A stretch of DNA of 62,934 bases, counting the filler, from Dicyema japonicum (taxonomy: Eukaryota; Animalia; Dicyemida): assembly GCA_011109175.1 (NCBI GenBank). It is 10 parts of 10 records of this genome, joined end to end, with 100 filler letters (N's around TTAATTAATTAA, not from the genome) between each part and the next. Parts side by side here need not be neighbours in the genome. Positions count along the whole stretch, not along the records: positions 38,557 to 44,483 come from RDEW01000142.1; positions 44,584 to 53,464 come from RDEW01000254.1; positions 53,565 to 59,175 come from RDEW01000214.1; 7 more parts are not named here. The stretch is one strand, 5' to 3'. A program made the translations under genes and the position numbers. The notes under the pieces were generated by a model. The model was not told the origin of the DNA. It was given only the letters and a program-made list of their open reading frames with translations, and made no database searches. This document shows positions 39,392 through 57,229 of the stretch, piece by piece (within the stretch, counting starts at the first letter, position 1; the number at the start of each line of letters is the position of its first letter).

Positions 39392-42157
39392 CTAATGAAA
39401 ATATGTTAATAACTTGATAGTATGCGACATCGAATGATATTTCATTACGAGGGTTGGGTAAATGTTCAAATTGCAGCCTTTTTTATCATTAATGAAACTG
39501 ATGCTGCACACTAAAGTAAAGTTAAGATTATCATAAACAAATACATGAATATGTGATAAGATCGCTAAAATACAATAATATTTAAACAGCTTTTCATAAA
39601 CTGTTTCATTCATGTTATCCGATGGCGTTATATTGAATGGTAACAAAACACTTTTGAAAATACAAAATGACGACATTTGAATGAAGTTTAAAACAGCTAT
39701 CAAAATTAGAATAGTACTAATGTAAACTTGCCACTGTGTAATAATCTCCACGCAATAAGAAAGCCGAGGCGCTCCAATGTATTTCAGTAAGTGAATGGTT
39801 GTTTCCAATCAAGTAATGGAACATCAAGTTAAGGAAATACCAAAATGATAAATAAAAAAAGTCGTTGTTTAACTCCCAAAAAGTATTGTGAGTAGTGCAA
39901 TTCTGAGGTTTGTTGGCTATATGAGAAAAATAAACATATAGTATCAGAAAGTAAATTATAAATGCCAGCATGTGTAATATATTATTAGAATATATACACA
40001 AAAGTACTATAATAAAAGCAAAAGATTTGTAGTGGGCACTTTTCTCCTGATTAAATAATTTATTTGGTGTGACATAAGAATAAACAAAACCAAAGCTGCT
40101 GATAATGTTGAAAAATAAAATAGAAATGAAAAGAAACGTTGTCTTATAAAGCTCAGTTGGAGATATTCTTTAAAATAGTACAAGTACGTGGCATAAAAAA
40201 TAATCATGAAAAAAACTGCAGATGAAAAAAAGAATTTTAATAGTTTGTTAGATGTCTCCAACATTATGATGGAGTAATATCCGATAGATAAAAAAATTAA
40301 CATTGTTGTATATACCATAATTGTTTGATTCGTATTCAATACGGAAAGTTCCCTTGAGAAAAGATTACCATTAACTGACCATGTGGTAAATCGATAACAA
40401 GCAGCGAAAAGTATAAGAAATACTATAATCATGAGCGGAAACATTAAGGAATACAAATTATCGAGATTTTTATTGCACAAGACGACTAAGATGATTGAAA
40501 TTATAGCCAAACACATTGAGCTAAAAGCGTTGATTTCGACAAAAAATAGAAAAGAAAAGATTACACATCCCCATATAATTGATACAATTAAACCAAGATT
40601 AATTTTGAACTGCTTAATAACAGAAATGGTGAGCAGTACAAATATACAAATGCTTGACGGAACAAAAAAGGACGAAGGAAGATAAAATTGAAAATAAACT
40701 AAAGTACCGATTAATAAACATCGAAGCGTAGAAGGAACAAAATTTCTATCGATAATACAAATTATCGGATAAATAAGATATAACGAATAAATAAAACATT
40801 GAATTGCTATTTGAATATCACAGCTTCTCCATTTCTTGTAAATTGATTTTTTAGTTTCATCCATAAAACGATAATATAAATTGGATGCTTCTGAATAATT
40901 TTTTGATAAATATTGAAATTCTGCTTCGTTTATATACTGTGCTATTATTTCTTTTGTCTGCAGAGACTGATAAAATCTCAAAATTTGTAAAGCATTATTT
41001 CTGATAATATCGATATTCTAAAAATATGTTAATCGTATATAGGCACTACTTTTTCTGGGTTTGTAAGTTCATTAATTACTGAACCAAGATTCTGAAAAGG
41101 GATTGGAACACCAAGTAAAGCTGCCAATGTTGGAGTAAAACTATCCTGTTCAATTTGATTCAATTCAGTCTATGATTATTTAATACATTATTACTGTTGG
41201 ATAGAGATTGCCTGACAGGTTTTTTTTACTGTAAACAAATAAAGCAGTATTTTCTTCTCCTTCCCCATCTCCATGAGACCCATTAGGAACTGATCCATGA
41301 TCGCCAAACACGAATAAAATTGTCTCATTGTCAATGACAGTTTTAATTTTGCTAAAAATAGATTGAAAAATATTATACCCAATACATTTATTATAAAACT
41401 GAAGACGGTCTCTTATCGAAGGATGATTTAGACCTACGAGGTGATAAAGATGGTCCATTCCAAGGAAATGAGCGACATAAACGTCACCTTCATTATTTTC
41501 AATCATGGTGGGTAATTTGTCGTCTATGAGATTGTCGATAGTATAAATATCGTCAAGATCGTTGTCGTTAGTGTGTATTTTTACAGAGAAATGATTATTA
41601 TACATATTTACAAGAGATGCACCACCGACGTAGACAATTTTTTTGTGATTAATATTTAGTTGGTTGAATATATTATCTTGTACAAAACCGGAGTCTAACC
41701 AATTATGCCAAAACCCTGCAAAAATTGAAACAAACGATAAATAGTCATTGATGGAAACGGAGCCTCAAATGAATATAGACGCGTATTATATGGTTCATCT
41801 ATTTGCATTTTATATAGATTTGTAAGCTGATTAAGATATGTTGCTTTCCTAGTACTGTTTGTTAATACAGAGTCGAGACGTAGTCCATCAATTATTATAA
41901 TGACTGCTTTTGAAAATTTAGCCTTAAGATCTGATTTTTTGCTTATTCCATATAAGTTTCCTCTTCTTTGAGTATTTGCAGTCTGGCATTGAATTATATT
42001 CAGATAGTTCATATAAATAAAAATTGCTAGCAATATCCACCTTATTAGTATATTGATAACACTCTTCATTCGAGTTTAAACAGGCATAGCGGGAAAATGG
42101 GATATTTAAACCGCAGTTCAATAACGAAATTATGCGGTTTAAAATAGCCAAATACAA
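39392..42157 (-). CDS. PIGO: GPI ethanolamine-phosphate transferase, PIGO-like, multi-exon; ends approximate
   Basis: IIIDGLRLD, PSMT..RL nucleophile region, HFLGMDH..H, FVFGDHG..GSHG, PTLAALLGVPIPFQNLG, NNALQI, then a long multi-pass hydrophobic region; PIGO versus PIGG not rigorously resolved. Confidence 0.8.
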
Positions 42158-42789
42158 TCCTTATTGACAGATTTCTATTAATTTTACTGCTTCACTTTTT
42201 CGTTTTAAGTAATTTAATGACTTTTTCACTATACCGACCTCCTCTCTATACCAGACAATTCTGTCGGTCCCGAGAGAAATCGGTTTAGAGGGGTTTGACT
42301 GTATTGAATAATCAGTTTCCAACTAATTTGTGAATTTGAAAATAAATATAAACGTCACCAGAAAAAATTAACTAATTTAACTAAAGATGATTGTATGGTC
42401 TTTTTCCTGGCTTGAAAAACTGGATTTTTAGTCTTTAAGAAGATTATTGGATTCCAGTTTATGATGATTAAACTTGATGCTTTCTGAATATCGGATACCA
42501 TAAAAATCACCTGTAAAACTTGTTTCGATGAGGTTGGATTTTCTCAATGAAAGTGAATGTTATTATGTGGGATGGGCGGGTAAATACTCCTGGCCAACCA
42601 GTTACATTTTATCTTGAAAAATCTTAATTTTACCTTGAACAAATCGTAATCCAGTAAACCCTCTTAAATTTGCCAATTCTGAAATTTGCTATTTCCCAAA
42701 TTTGCCGCAAAATTTGACAGGAACCAAAAATGGCAAATTTGAGAGAGTTCACTGATGTATTGTATTGAAAACAAAGAAAGTATCTTTGT

Positions 42790-43200
42790 GGAGTCAATCA
42801 AAACTGCCCAGGCGAGTTAGTTATTGAAGAGGATCGATTCAAATTCCCGAACGATCAGAATATAGATGTAGGATCTTGAAGCGGTTGGCTTTGGAAAGGA
42901 AATATTTCCCCAGATGTGAGGCAGTATATTTCTTAATACAAAATATGAATTTGTTCTTTTCAACCGAGGGAGCATTGTGTAGCCATTGTATGAAAAGCAC
43001 CAAAACCGTTGGTCTCTTGGCAACCCAGTGTGGGAAAACTTCGGCCACATACTACGGATGGATTCCTCTTTCCCGCTAATGACATCATGGAAACATACTT
43101 TCAATGCTCTGGGCCTTTTCGAGGGAGGCCACGGACGACACTACCACTGGTCATAAATAATGACAAAGCATGCCGGATTGTTACTAGAAGAATGCAGACG
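42790..43200 (+). mobile_element. RTE-clade LINE C-terminal remnant
   Basis: FGHILRMD..PANDIMETYF..FRGRPRTTLPLVINND. Confidence 0.7.
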
Positions 43201-45961
43201 ATCTAGACAGCCTCCGAAAAATCGCAATCTCAAGAAGAGCGTGGAGGTGTCTAACAGACAAAATCGTCAGTCCATTGCGTGACTTTCTAATTGTTGCGGA
43301 TGTGCTATTAATAATAATAATCGAGTCTATTAGATAAAAGCAAACATTTTTATTTAATAGATAGAATGTGCCAAAGGAGATGTATGAACGGTATTCATGC
43401 ATGACTAAAAAAATAATTATTTTTAACAAATACTTAGATATCTTCGCCTTTCTGCTGCATTAGCAGCCCAACTGGGAGAATTAATATTGCGAAGAATCAT
43501 GGAATGGGGCGTCGCATCCCATGATATTTTAGTTTATTGTTTAAATTTTCAGTAATTTTTTTTTAAAAAGATTAAAAATTGGGCAAAATTAAGAAAGTTT
43601 ACTGTATTTAGAAGCTAGAAATCCTCCGATCGTTGATGATTGCAGTTTATTTGTTTTAATTGATCGCAGAATCCCCGACCTCCTTAGGCAGACTGAAGAC
43701 ATTCTTTCAAGGCTCGCTAATCCTCTTCCAGGTTTTTTTTCTACATAAATAGAGCCTTTCTTTTTTGCCGGCTATCGTTGATATCAAACATGGTGTTTAT
43801 TTCAAGACTGAAACGCTGCTTTAAATTTCAAGATAATTTATTCTCAGAACTTTCGAAACGGTACGTAGAAATTAATGATCATTAATTGATTATATTTTTG
43901 ATAGTAAAAAATTGTTTCTATAGAAACAGATCATTTTTTGCAGTAATTTTAATAAACAACGTAAAATTGCGAATAAACATTTCAATTGAGAACATGAAAT
44001 CCTTTAAATGGGTATAATTATGTGTATTTATTTAAATTTTAGATTGACGAAAACAGACTAGATAAAGAGTGTTTTCTCATTAGAAGAGCTTTTAAAAGCT
44101 CGAGTCGAACATTATGAATACGGAAAATCTCAAATTTGCTCAAATCTACTACAAATCTTGACAAACCCAATGAAAAAAAAGGTTTCGTTTGAAAACCATA
44201 AAACGAAGTATTCGTATTTTGATATTATTTTAGATTTATCACCACCAGTTTCGTGATCGCCAATCGGAAAAATCAATAAAACTTTTTCTTTAAAACTTTT
44301 GGATAAACTGACAAACAAATTGTGTATTTTAACAGACTTTGTCAAAAATACTGATCAAAGTATTTGTTTGGGAAATTAACTTATTAACAGTTGCCAAAAA
44401 TGCAACAAAATCGTTAGCTTTTAGTGATGTTCAGTCTGATATCAAACGGACACGTTTGGACAGTTACATATCTCGCTCCAAATNNNNNNNNNNNNNNNNN
44501 NNNNNNNNNNNNNNNNNNNNNNNNNNNTTAATTAATTAANNNNNNNNNNNNNNNNNNNNNNNNNNNNNNNNNNNNNNNNNNNNAGGATATTCAGAGGGTA
44601 AAGATTTTGACGAGGTTTGTGGAACTTTTTTGTTTTATAGTATTTTGCTTGTCTCCGCTGGCAAAAGGATTTCAAGTGAAGCCTTTTGAAACTACCAAGC
44701 AAGTCTCGTGAAATCGTGGGTTTGCATGGAGATCTGTGCCCAACAAGTTTTTGCATATTTATAAAACATTTTTTATTATTTTCTATATTACGGCAGATGG
44801 AATGAATGAACTGTGTGAGTTGGGTAATTAAATATATTTCGTTGTTTATTGAGAATTCTCATCTAACCGGAATATTGTTGGTGATGCGTTTATTCATACA
44901 TTTTCCACTAAAAATATATTACGTCAAGTAACTACTCAAAAAGTCATGTTTTAATCACTAATTTTTCTGTTATTTTCAAATAACCAGCATCCACGTTGAA
45001 GTCAAAACAATAATAACATCTCACTAGATGGTACTTGTGTTGTTGACCCCTTGCACTTAATTGAGTGCTGTTGACAAGTTTCATAATTGGGACGTTGCCA
45101 ATCAACTGCCCTGGACGAATCCTAATGACGAGTTTTTTTCGTATTTTTTTTGAATGTCAGGTTTCTCAGGTCTAATTCCTCTTATTTTTGGACTGATTTG
45201 ATATCAAATGTCCTAGACCTTTTTGCAGTGGATTCGAAATATTCCTCTACAGAGATATTGCTGATGCCATTAAGTTTATATTTTTGGCATAACGAAACAA
45301 TTTTCAAGCGTGTCTTGGTAATTTCATGACTCAAAAAATCTTCTGGGCAACACGTTCGACTTGACAATCGGGGCCATCTCAGAACTAAGATACCTTCTTG
45401 TGGAAAACTTCAGATCTTTTAGGACGGCGTTTATGATTCCAATGCCCACAATTGAATGTAAGTTTCCACTAGGAGTCATACCGTCGGAAAAGTAATAGAA
45501 TGGGGCGGACGAAACCCGCAAAGTTCCTTGTTTTAATAAGTGCCGTGTCTCCGGATAAAAAACCAAGCATCTCTGTCATTCAACCTTTAAATGGTCCATG
45601 CGTTTAATCTCCATAATTTCAGTTGCAGAAGTGTTCATAGTGACACCACCTTCCAAAAAGTTCGGAACCAAATTTAATGAGTGAATCCACACGAAACCGG
45701 CTGGCTTTTGCGAAAGGTTCCATTGCAATCCTTCGAGGTAATTGTGAGTTATCGGTTCGTAACTGTGTCTTCAATGCTTTGTTAGTTTTGCTTGCCTATA
45801 TCAATTGCTTCTCGTATTTAATAAAAAATTGGAAAAAATATTTAACAGTCAACGTATCTATTTTTCTTAATTATCTGATTTGTATTATTAAATTTTTGAT
45901 TTTTGAATGTTTTTAATAAAATTACATTTGTTTAAATTTGGTGTATCAGTGATTTCTCACC

Positions 45962-48352
<2,391 letters not shown>

Positions 48353-48449
48353 CAGTTCAAATAAGCCAATTATTGTGTTATTTACTTTCTACGTAAAAGA
48401 GGGATATATTTGTGTCCATCCAGATGGTAGGCGATCCGGAGTGATGTAT

Positions 48450-49420
48450 ATCGAGATCCACAGTTCAGTCCGTAGCAACGAGATGTCGTATTCGCTCATA
48501 ATAAACCGACGGACCTTGAAGGACTTGGGCATTGGGAGTAGTCCTACGAGGGTCCCGAGTCGATGTAGGACACAATGGCATTTGAATCTGTACTTTGCCT
48601 TTTAAATTGATGGACAAACAGAAGGGTTATTCTCATATTTGCAGGATAGGAATTTTTTCAATCGTCAACGGAGACAGTGTAACCACTGTAAAAGTAAGGC
48701 AATAACCGTTGACTATTTAGTCACGAAATGTGGGAGTATGCTTTACCGTGATTACACATGGAGGCATAACGAGGTGGTAAGGTCCTTTTATCTTATGCTC
48801 TGCAACAAGTATGATTTGAGGCGGTCCATAAAGTTGCGAACCCATCGAGTTCAATCGATATATGAGAACTCGAAGGTGTGCATTAAGGTGGATACCCCAA
48901 TACGCACCTTGATTCTTTTCCAGCACAACAAACCCGACATTGTGGTCCACGATAAGATCACCATAGAGATTGTTATTGTGGAGGTAGGTATTGCGTGCCT
49001 AAATCGTTTAGCAGACAGTGGAAGTGGAGAAAAGGAGGAAGTACGACCTCCTTGCAAACGAGTTAGGACTGATGCACCAGTCTAAAGTCCATGTCATTCC
49101 GTGTGTGATGACATGGGATGGACTGGTCACCAAATACCACAAGGGGTACTTAAAACAGTTGGGTGTAGATAAGTCTCTACAGGCTTATATGCAGTCAACT
49201 GTTCTTAAGAGGACTCTGGAGAGTATCTCGTTTGATGCTCGCCGATTCCAGTCCTTTCCTGACATTTAGTCAGCGAGAGGCGCTGGACTGCACCTTCTCG
49301 AAGGTTTAAAGAGGCAGAGAAGAGAAGGAAGAGGGAGAGGTGAGTGGAGTGCATCCTCTGTTCACTTCGAAGGCTCTGGACTTAGTTAGGACATTAATTA
49401 GTTAATTATTTTCTTTTTTN
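48450..49420 (+). mobile_element. R4-like REL retroelement 3' part with 3'UTR
   Basis: LQDRN, C..C..TVDYL..C..DYT.RHNEVVR, HNKPDIVV..EVGI, EKRRKYDLLANELG, VMTWDGLVTKYH; ends in TTAGTTAG/TTAATTAG-rich tail. Confidence 0.85.
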
Positions 49421-50022
49421 NNNNNNNNNNNNNNNNNNNNNNNNNNNNNNNNNNNNNNNNNNNNNNNNNNNNNNNNNNNNNNNNNNNNNNNNNNNNNNNN
49501 NNNNNNNNNNNNNNNNNNNNNNNNNNNNNNNNNNNNNNNNNNNNNNNNNNNNNNNNNNNNNNNNNNNNNNNNNNNNNNNNNNNNNNNNNNNNNNNNNNNN
49601 NNNNNNNNNNNNNNNNNNNNNNNNNNNNNNNNNNNNNNNNNNNNNNNNNNNNNNNNNNNNNNNNNNNNNNNNNNNNNNNNNNNNNNNNNNNNNNNNNNNN
49701 NNNNNNNNNNNNNNNNNNNNNNNNNNNNNNNNNNNNNNNNNNNNNNNNNNNNNNNNNNNNNNNNNNNNNNNNNNNNNNNNNNNNNNNNNNNNNNNNNNNN
49801 NNNNNNNNNNNNNNNNNNNNNNNNNNNNNNNNNNNNNNNNNNNNNNNNNNNNNNNNNNNNNNNNNNNNNNNNNNNNNNNNNNNNNNNNNNNNNNNNNNNN
49901 NNNNNNNNNNNNNNNNNNNNNNNNNNNNNNNNNNNNNNNNNNNNNNNNNNNNNNNAAAAATAAAAGTTAAGAAAACCGCGTTTATTAAGAAAAAAAATCG
50001 ATATCGATCAAAGTAAAAGCAA

Positions 50023-50075
50023 AAGACAATTCGTGAAAATGACAATTTTTGTGTCAAAGTCAGTCAACAGGCCTT
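50023..50075 (-). promoter_or_regulatory. Candidate SECIS element in the 3'UTR of the selenoprotein gene
   Basis: RNA AAGGC-cugu-UGAC-ugacuuugaca-caaaaau-ugucauuuuca-CGAA-uu-GUCUU: helix I, tandem GA core, 11-bp imperfect helix II, A-rich apical loop; folded by eye. Confidence 0.5.
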
Positions 50076-50093
50076 TATACTAATACGATGGGG

Positions 50094-50389
50094 CTAATTA
50101 TTGCATATTCCCCGAATGGCCTCAACAATCTATTTATGATTAAAGGAATTCTGGTACCACGTTGAGTTCAGGAAATTTACCGCATGCTAGTTTGGAGTGT
50201 ATCAGATCGCCGTCTATCAATACCTCAAAAGAGCTTCGTTCTCCTTTTGAAACATCAATCTGGAGATCAGGAAATACTCCTCTGAGTTGATCGGCCAATT
50301 TGTTGGCCTTAGATTTGTACCCTCAGGAGGTACTAAATCCATAAAAGATATTAAACTCAGCAATAGAATATAGAAAGCTGATGAGTCAT
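50094..50389 (-). CDS. Selenoprotein W2 / MIEN1-like Rdx-family protein with in-frame UGA (Sec), three exons
   Basis: Exons 50389-50361, 50332-50158, 50129-50094 give MTHQLSIFYCTSUGYKSKANKLADQLRGVFPDLQIDVSKGERSSFEVLIDGDLIHSKLACGKFPELNVIVEAIRGICNN; TGA at 50325-50323. Confidence 0.85.
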
Positions 50390-50681
50390 TAACACAGAAA
50401 AATAACGTGATATTATTTTATTCATAATTGTTCAAAAAAATATGTGAAACCAAAATTAAAATTAATAGATAATTTAATAAGATCATTTTTTTATTTTAAA
50501 CCTTAAAATATCAACAAAGTAAGTTCAACAATTATAATTAACTTGATTCAACATTATAATTCCAAGGAACCTGTTCTTATGAAACTACTAAACCGTAAAT
50601 ATAATTTTAAATATTAATTTAATTGTAAAAATTTTGAAATTAAATACACTTCAATACTTTGGCTAGGTTATACCTTTCAAA

Positions 50682-53079
<2,398 letters not shown>

Positions 53080-53659
53080 CATTTATTGACGATTTATATT
53101 GTCTAAACTTCTTTATTCTTTTTTTGAATTCGGTATTGAAAGGGTAGTGATAAAGGGGTAATTTCCCTTTTGTATTTCATTAAGTAGCCATTTGTGAGTT
53201 GTTTAATCAGCGAGATTTATAGGCCGCAAAACTACCTGTGACGTTATTAATGGCCCATAATATCATGCTGAAAAAAGTATAATTTATAAAAATAGATCTT
53301 TATGAGTAAATTTATTCCTTCCAGGTTTTTACAAAAAGCCTCTGATCAGCTGACGTCTTTTGATAAGCGACTAAGCAAATATGGACTTTTAATTCTAATG
53401 TCCGAGATATCGTAAGGTACTCTCATGGGCATGCTTTCATAAAAAATAACTTTTTAATAACTTGNNNNNNNNNNNNNNNNNNNNNNNNNNNNNNNNNNNN
53501 NNNNNNNNTTAATTAATTAANNNNNNNNNNNNNNNNNNNNNNNNNNNNNNNNNNNNNNNNNNNNGATAAGTCTTTATAATAGTAATTCGCTAAATAATCA
53601 ATTATAAAAAATATAATTCCAAAATATTTCCCATTAAAAACCTATAATAATAACACCAG

Positions 53660-54060
53660 AGAGCATGGTTACACAAACTAACTAATCATGTTATCCCAGC
53701 GCGCTCTAGCAGGAACTAATCATGGCCTCATGCTCTTACATCGACTCCACACGAGAACGCATCGGCCAAATGATTTGATCTTCGCAGTCAAATGAGGCGT
53801 TCCATTTATTTGTATCATGGCTTTAAGAGGCATTAATAACTGGATTCTCCAGAAAAGAGTCGGAAGAAATATGTTCCGCTTTCTTATTGCCGAATCTGAT
53901 AGACGGCGCGCTATCATGGTTGGAGAACGGTGACAACAAGACTTTTCATTAATAATTTTTGTAATAATTGAAATTTGAATTTTATTAAAAACTGTGTGGT
54001 TATTCATTTTCAGGGTTGCGAGAGAGATTAGATCAAATTGCTCGAGCGCTATCGTTGATA
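53660..54060 (-). repeat. Dispersed repeat family B, longest copy
   Basis: 3' part aligns with 60575-60775 and 7005-7125; ends GATTAGTTAGTTTGTGTAACC. Confidence 0.65.
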
Positions 54061-56589
54061 TCCAGTGCGTGTAGAACCAGTAATTAGAGCATCCAAAAAA
54101 TTGAAATATGAAAATTGTTATTTTTTGTTTATTTAGAATATTAATTTTTTTAAATAATAAATTAAATTTTGTACAACGTGAGACATTTTTAACTTAATTC
54201 CTTGGATCTATGATTGCGAATTATCGCGTGGCGCAATGTGGTGCTACGTGGGTAGTTGTATTTTCCTTCCTTCCGATGGCGTCATTCAAGAAGATCCAAC
54301 AATTCTTCCCCGTGGACAACGTCTTTACCTGGTGAAAAGTTCTGGAATGCTGGAACGAGTCAGGATCGATGAGTTAGTTAGTTTGGTTACCCTTGGCTTT
54401 AGAAATAATTTTAATTTAATTTTTCTAATACAAGGCGAGAAATATTACACTGACTTAATGCTAAATGATGGTGGAATGAAAGCCATGCTATTTGACAACC
54501 ACAATGTATAACCTAATATTTATCTAGATAAAAATAATGAGTCTCTTGTATTCCCAAATTTTTTTTTTCACAGCGGATGATATCATCTTCTGAGCTACTT
54601 CCATTCATTACTGCCCTACTATTTATCCAGCCAATTGAGCTCAATAATAAAACTCTAGTATCCAAGATTTTCCACCTACTTTATATGTAAGCACTCAATA
54701 TTGCTACCCACGTGTCAATTATTTTTACTTTACTCTTACCACGTCGTCTTTGTTGATCTTTACTTGGTACCAAGTTTGTTCATTTTTGTCTCGTATTAAT
54801 TACTATTTTTAACTATGTGTCAATTACTTAATTAGGTAGAATTTAAAATATATTCATCTCTGCACTAAAATCGCATTATTTATTCTTTTTACTGTCTTTA
54901 TTTGATTGCAGCTGTCACTATCTTATCACCGACGTGCCATTTTTATCGTTTTCCTATTGATTGAGACAGTTATCAAATGTTTATTTATCCTTCTCTTTTT
55001 TTCTATATTTATTGTGCTGCTTCTCCTTCTTTATAATTTTGTATGTGAGCTTCTAATCACTAATTACAATTAATTACACGTTTTGTCATAAATTTTAAAT
55101 GAGCTCTTATCTTTTTTATTATGTTCCTCCAATATCTATTTAGTCAGTTATTATCCATAACCTNCTTAATCTATTGCAGCTGTCACTATCTTACCACCGA
55201 CGTGCCATTTTTATCGTTTTCCTATTGATTGAGACAGTTATCAAATGTTTATTTATCCTTCTCTCCTTTTGCTATATTTATTGTGCTGCTTCTCCTTTTT
55301 TATAATTTTGTATGTGAGCTTCTAGTCACTAATTACAATTAATTACACGTTTTGTCATAAATTTTAAATGAGCTCTTATTTTTTTATTATTTTCCTCCAA
55401 TATCTATTTAGTCAGTTATTAACCATAACCTCACTGACTTGTCGGGTGCCTGTTGTCCCCAGGTATCCACCAATTAGTGCTGGATCCTTCCACAGGACAA
55501 TGATGTTTATCAGAGGTACTGACCGGATATCTACTTATTATTTGTTTTTATTTATTTACTTATTATTTTATAGCTATAAATTTATTTACTATGATGATAA
55601 GCATTTAAATAAAGAATAATCACGTGTCATCCTTTGTTTCCCTACTCTCGTTATTTTTTGTAGTTGGTCTTTTTTTACTATAAAAATAGCGTATTGTAAT
55701 AAAAAGTTTACTTTTCCGTATTTGTTGACTTATTCTGTTGGTAATTAGTGGTACTTTTACGTATTTATTGTTATAAGTAACCACGTGTTATCCTAAGGAT
55801 CCTTTACCTACATATATTGTGATGTTGTGTGCTGAAAACTGTAGTGCTGACCATGTTTATAGAGGTAACTTATTTCTATTCTTATTTGACTACTTTGAAT
55901 TTATTACTCTCTGATTATAACTAGAGACACAATTATATTACCATTTGTTATTTTTCTATTTTATTCATGTTTTATATGTTACATCACGTTTGATTATATT
56001 TACTGAATGCACGTGGTTGAGACTAATATTGATTTTGTGGTTTTACTTGCATTTTTAATCATTTTATTTTTTCGTGAATTATCTATGGTTTTATTTGTTG
56101 CCATTATCATTGGCTGGTTTAATTTGGTTTGTAACGTCATATGTAGCCTTTATTGGTTTATGTATATCGTTATGTTTTGTACTTTTTTACGCATGTATTG
56201 GTGATACTCTGCGTTTTATACTCATCCTTAATATTCCTNTACATCACGTTTGATTTATAGGTTACATCAATACATGTGGTTGAGACTAATGTTGATTTTG
56301 GGGTTTTACTTGCATTTTTAATCATTTTATTTTCTCGTGAATTATCTATGGTTTTATTTGTTGCCATTATCATTGGCTGGTTTAATTTGGTTTGTAACGT
56401 CATGTGTAGCCTTTATTGGTTTATGTATATCGTTATGTTTTGTACTTTTTTACGCTTGTGTAGGTGATACTCTGCGTTTTATACTCATCCTTAATATTCC
56501 TTCCTTTATAAGGAACGTGAAATATATTTTTCATTATTATTGTACAATTTACTACTGGCAAATTATTCTGTCCTATAAAGCAGCTTTCA

Positions 56590-57100
56590 AGGAATTAAAA
56601 TATATTGATGAAAATTGAAGGAAAAAAGGAAATTGGGATCCTTACTTGGTGATAGTGAGGACATGATGTATAGAGGAGTTCTAGCCACTTCCATGTATAA
56701 GAAAATACAGAAGATATGGAGACGACGAAAACTAATAAAAACAAATCTAATAATAAGACTATACAACTCATATATAAAGCTGGTGCTTATGTACAACTCG
56801 GGTACATGGGGGGTCACAGAGCTAGACCTCAAGAAAATGGATATTTTTCATCGAAAACAATTACAGAATTTACTCGTCCTAGGTTGGCCCAAGAAGATTT
56901 CAAATAAGATCTTATACTCTGTGGCACAATCAAGGCCAATAAGCATCCACATTATTGAATCATGATGAAGACTTTTTGGGCACGTGCTTATAATGAACAT
57001 AAACGCCCCTGCAAATATAATGGACAATTAATTTAACAATGAGAACAAACCATCGTTCAGAGGAAGACGCGTCACTCTAGCAGTGGCTCTAAACAATTTA
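56590..57100 (+). mobile_element. RTE-clade LINE C-terminal remnant
   Basis: KLGSLLGDSED, LMYNSGTWG, FHRKQL..WPKKISN..LY, RLFGHVL, FRGR. Confidence 0.8.
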
Positions 57101-57229
57101 TAATATTGGACAATAAACGCCCCTGCAAATATAATAATGGCTCTGATAAATTGATAAAGATGACAAGTAAAACTTGACCGTAGAACAGCTAGTACATTCA
57201 AAAATTGTATTTTATTCTGCATAAGCCGA

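Noticed and set aside
56007-56467. Hydrophobic ORFs MHVVETNIDF.../MVETNVDF... as membrane proteins
   Set aside because: T-rich low-complexity sequence duplicated across an N; hydrophobicity follows from base composition and there is no recognisable motif
54906-56500. Tandem duplications of 80-260 bp flanking single Ns (also near 4800, 10450, 13546, 20641, 26294, 26552, 28551)
   Set aside because: Typical unmerged contig overlaps; the few differences between copies are best read as allelic variation, not real tandem repeats
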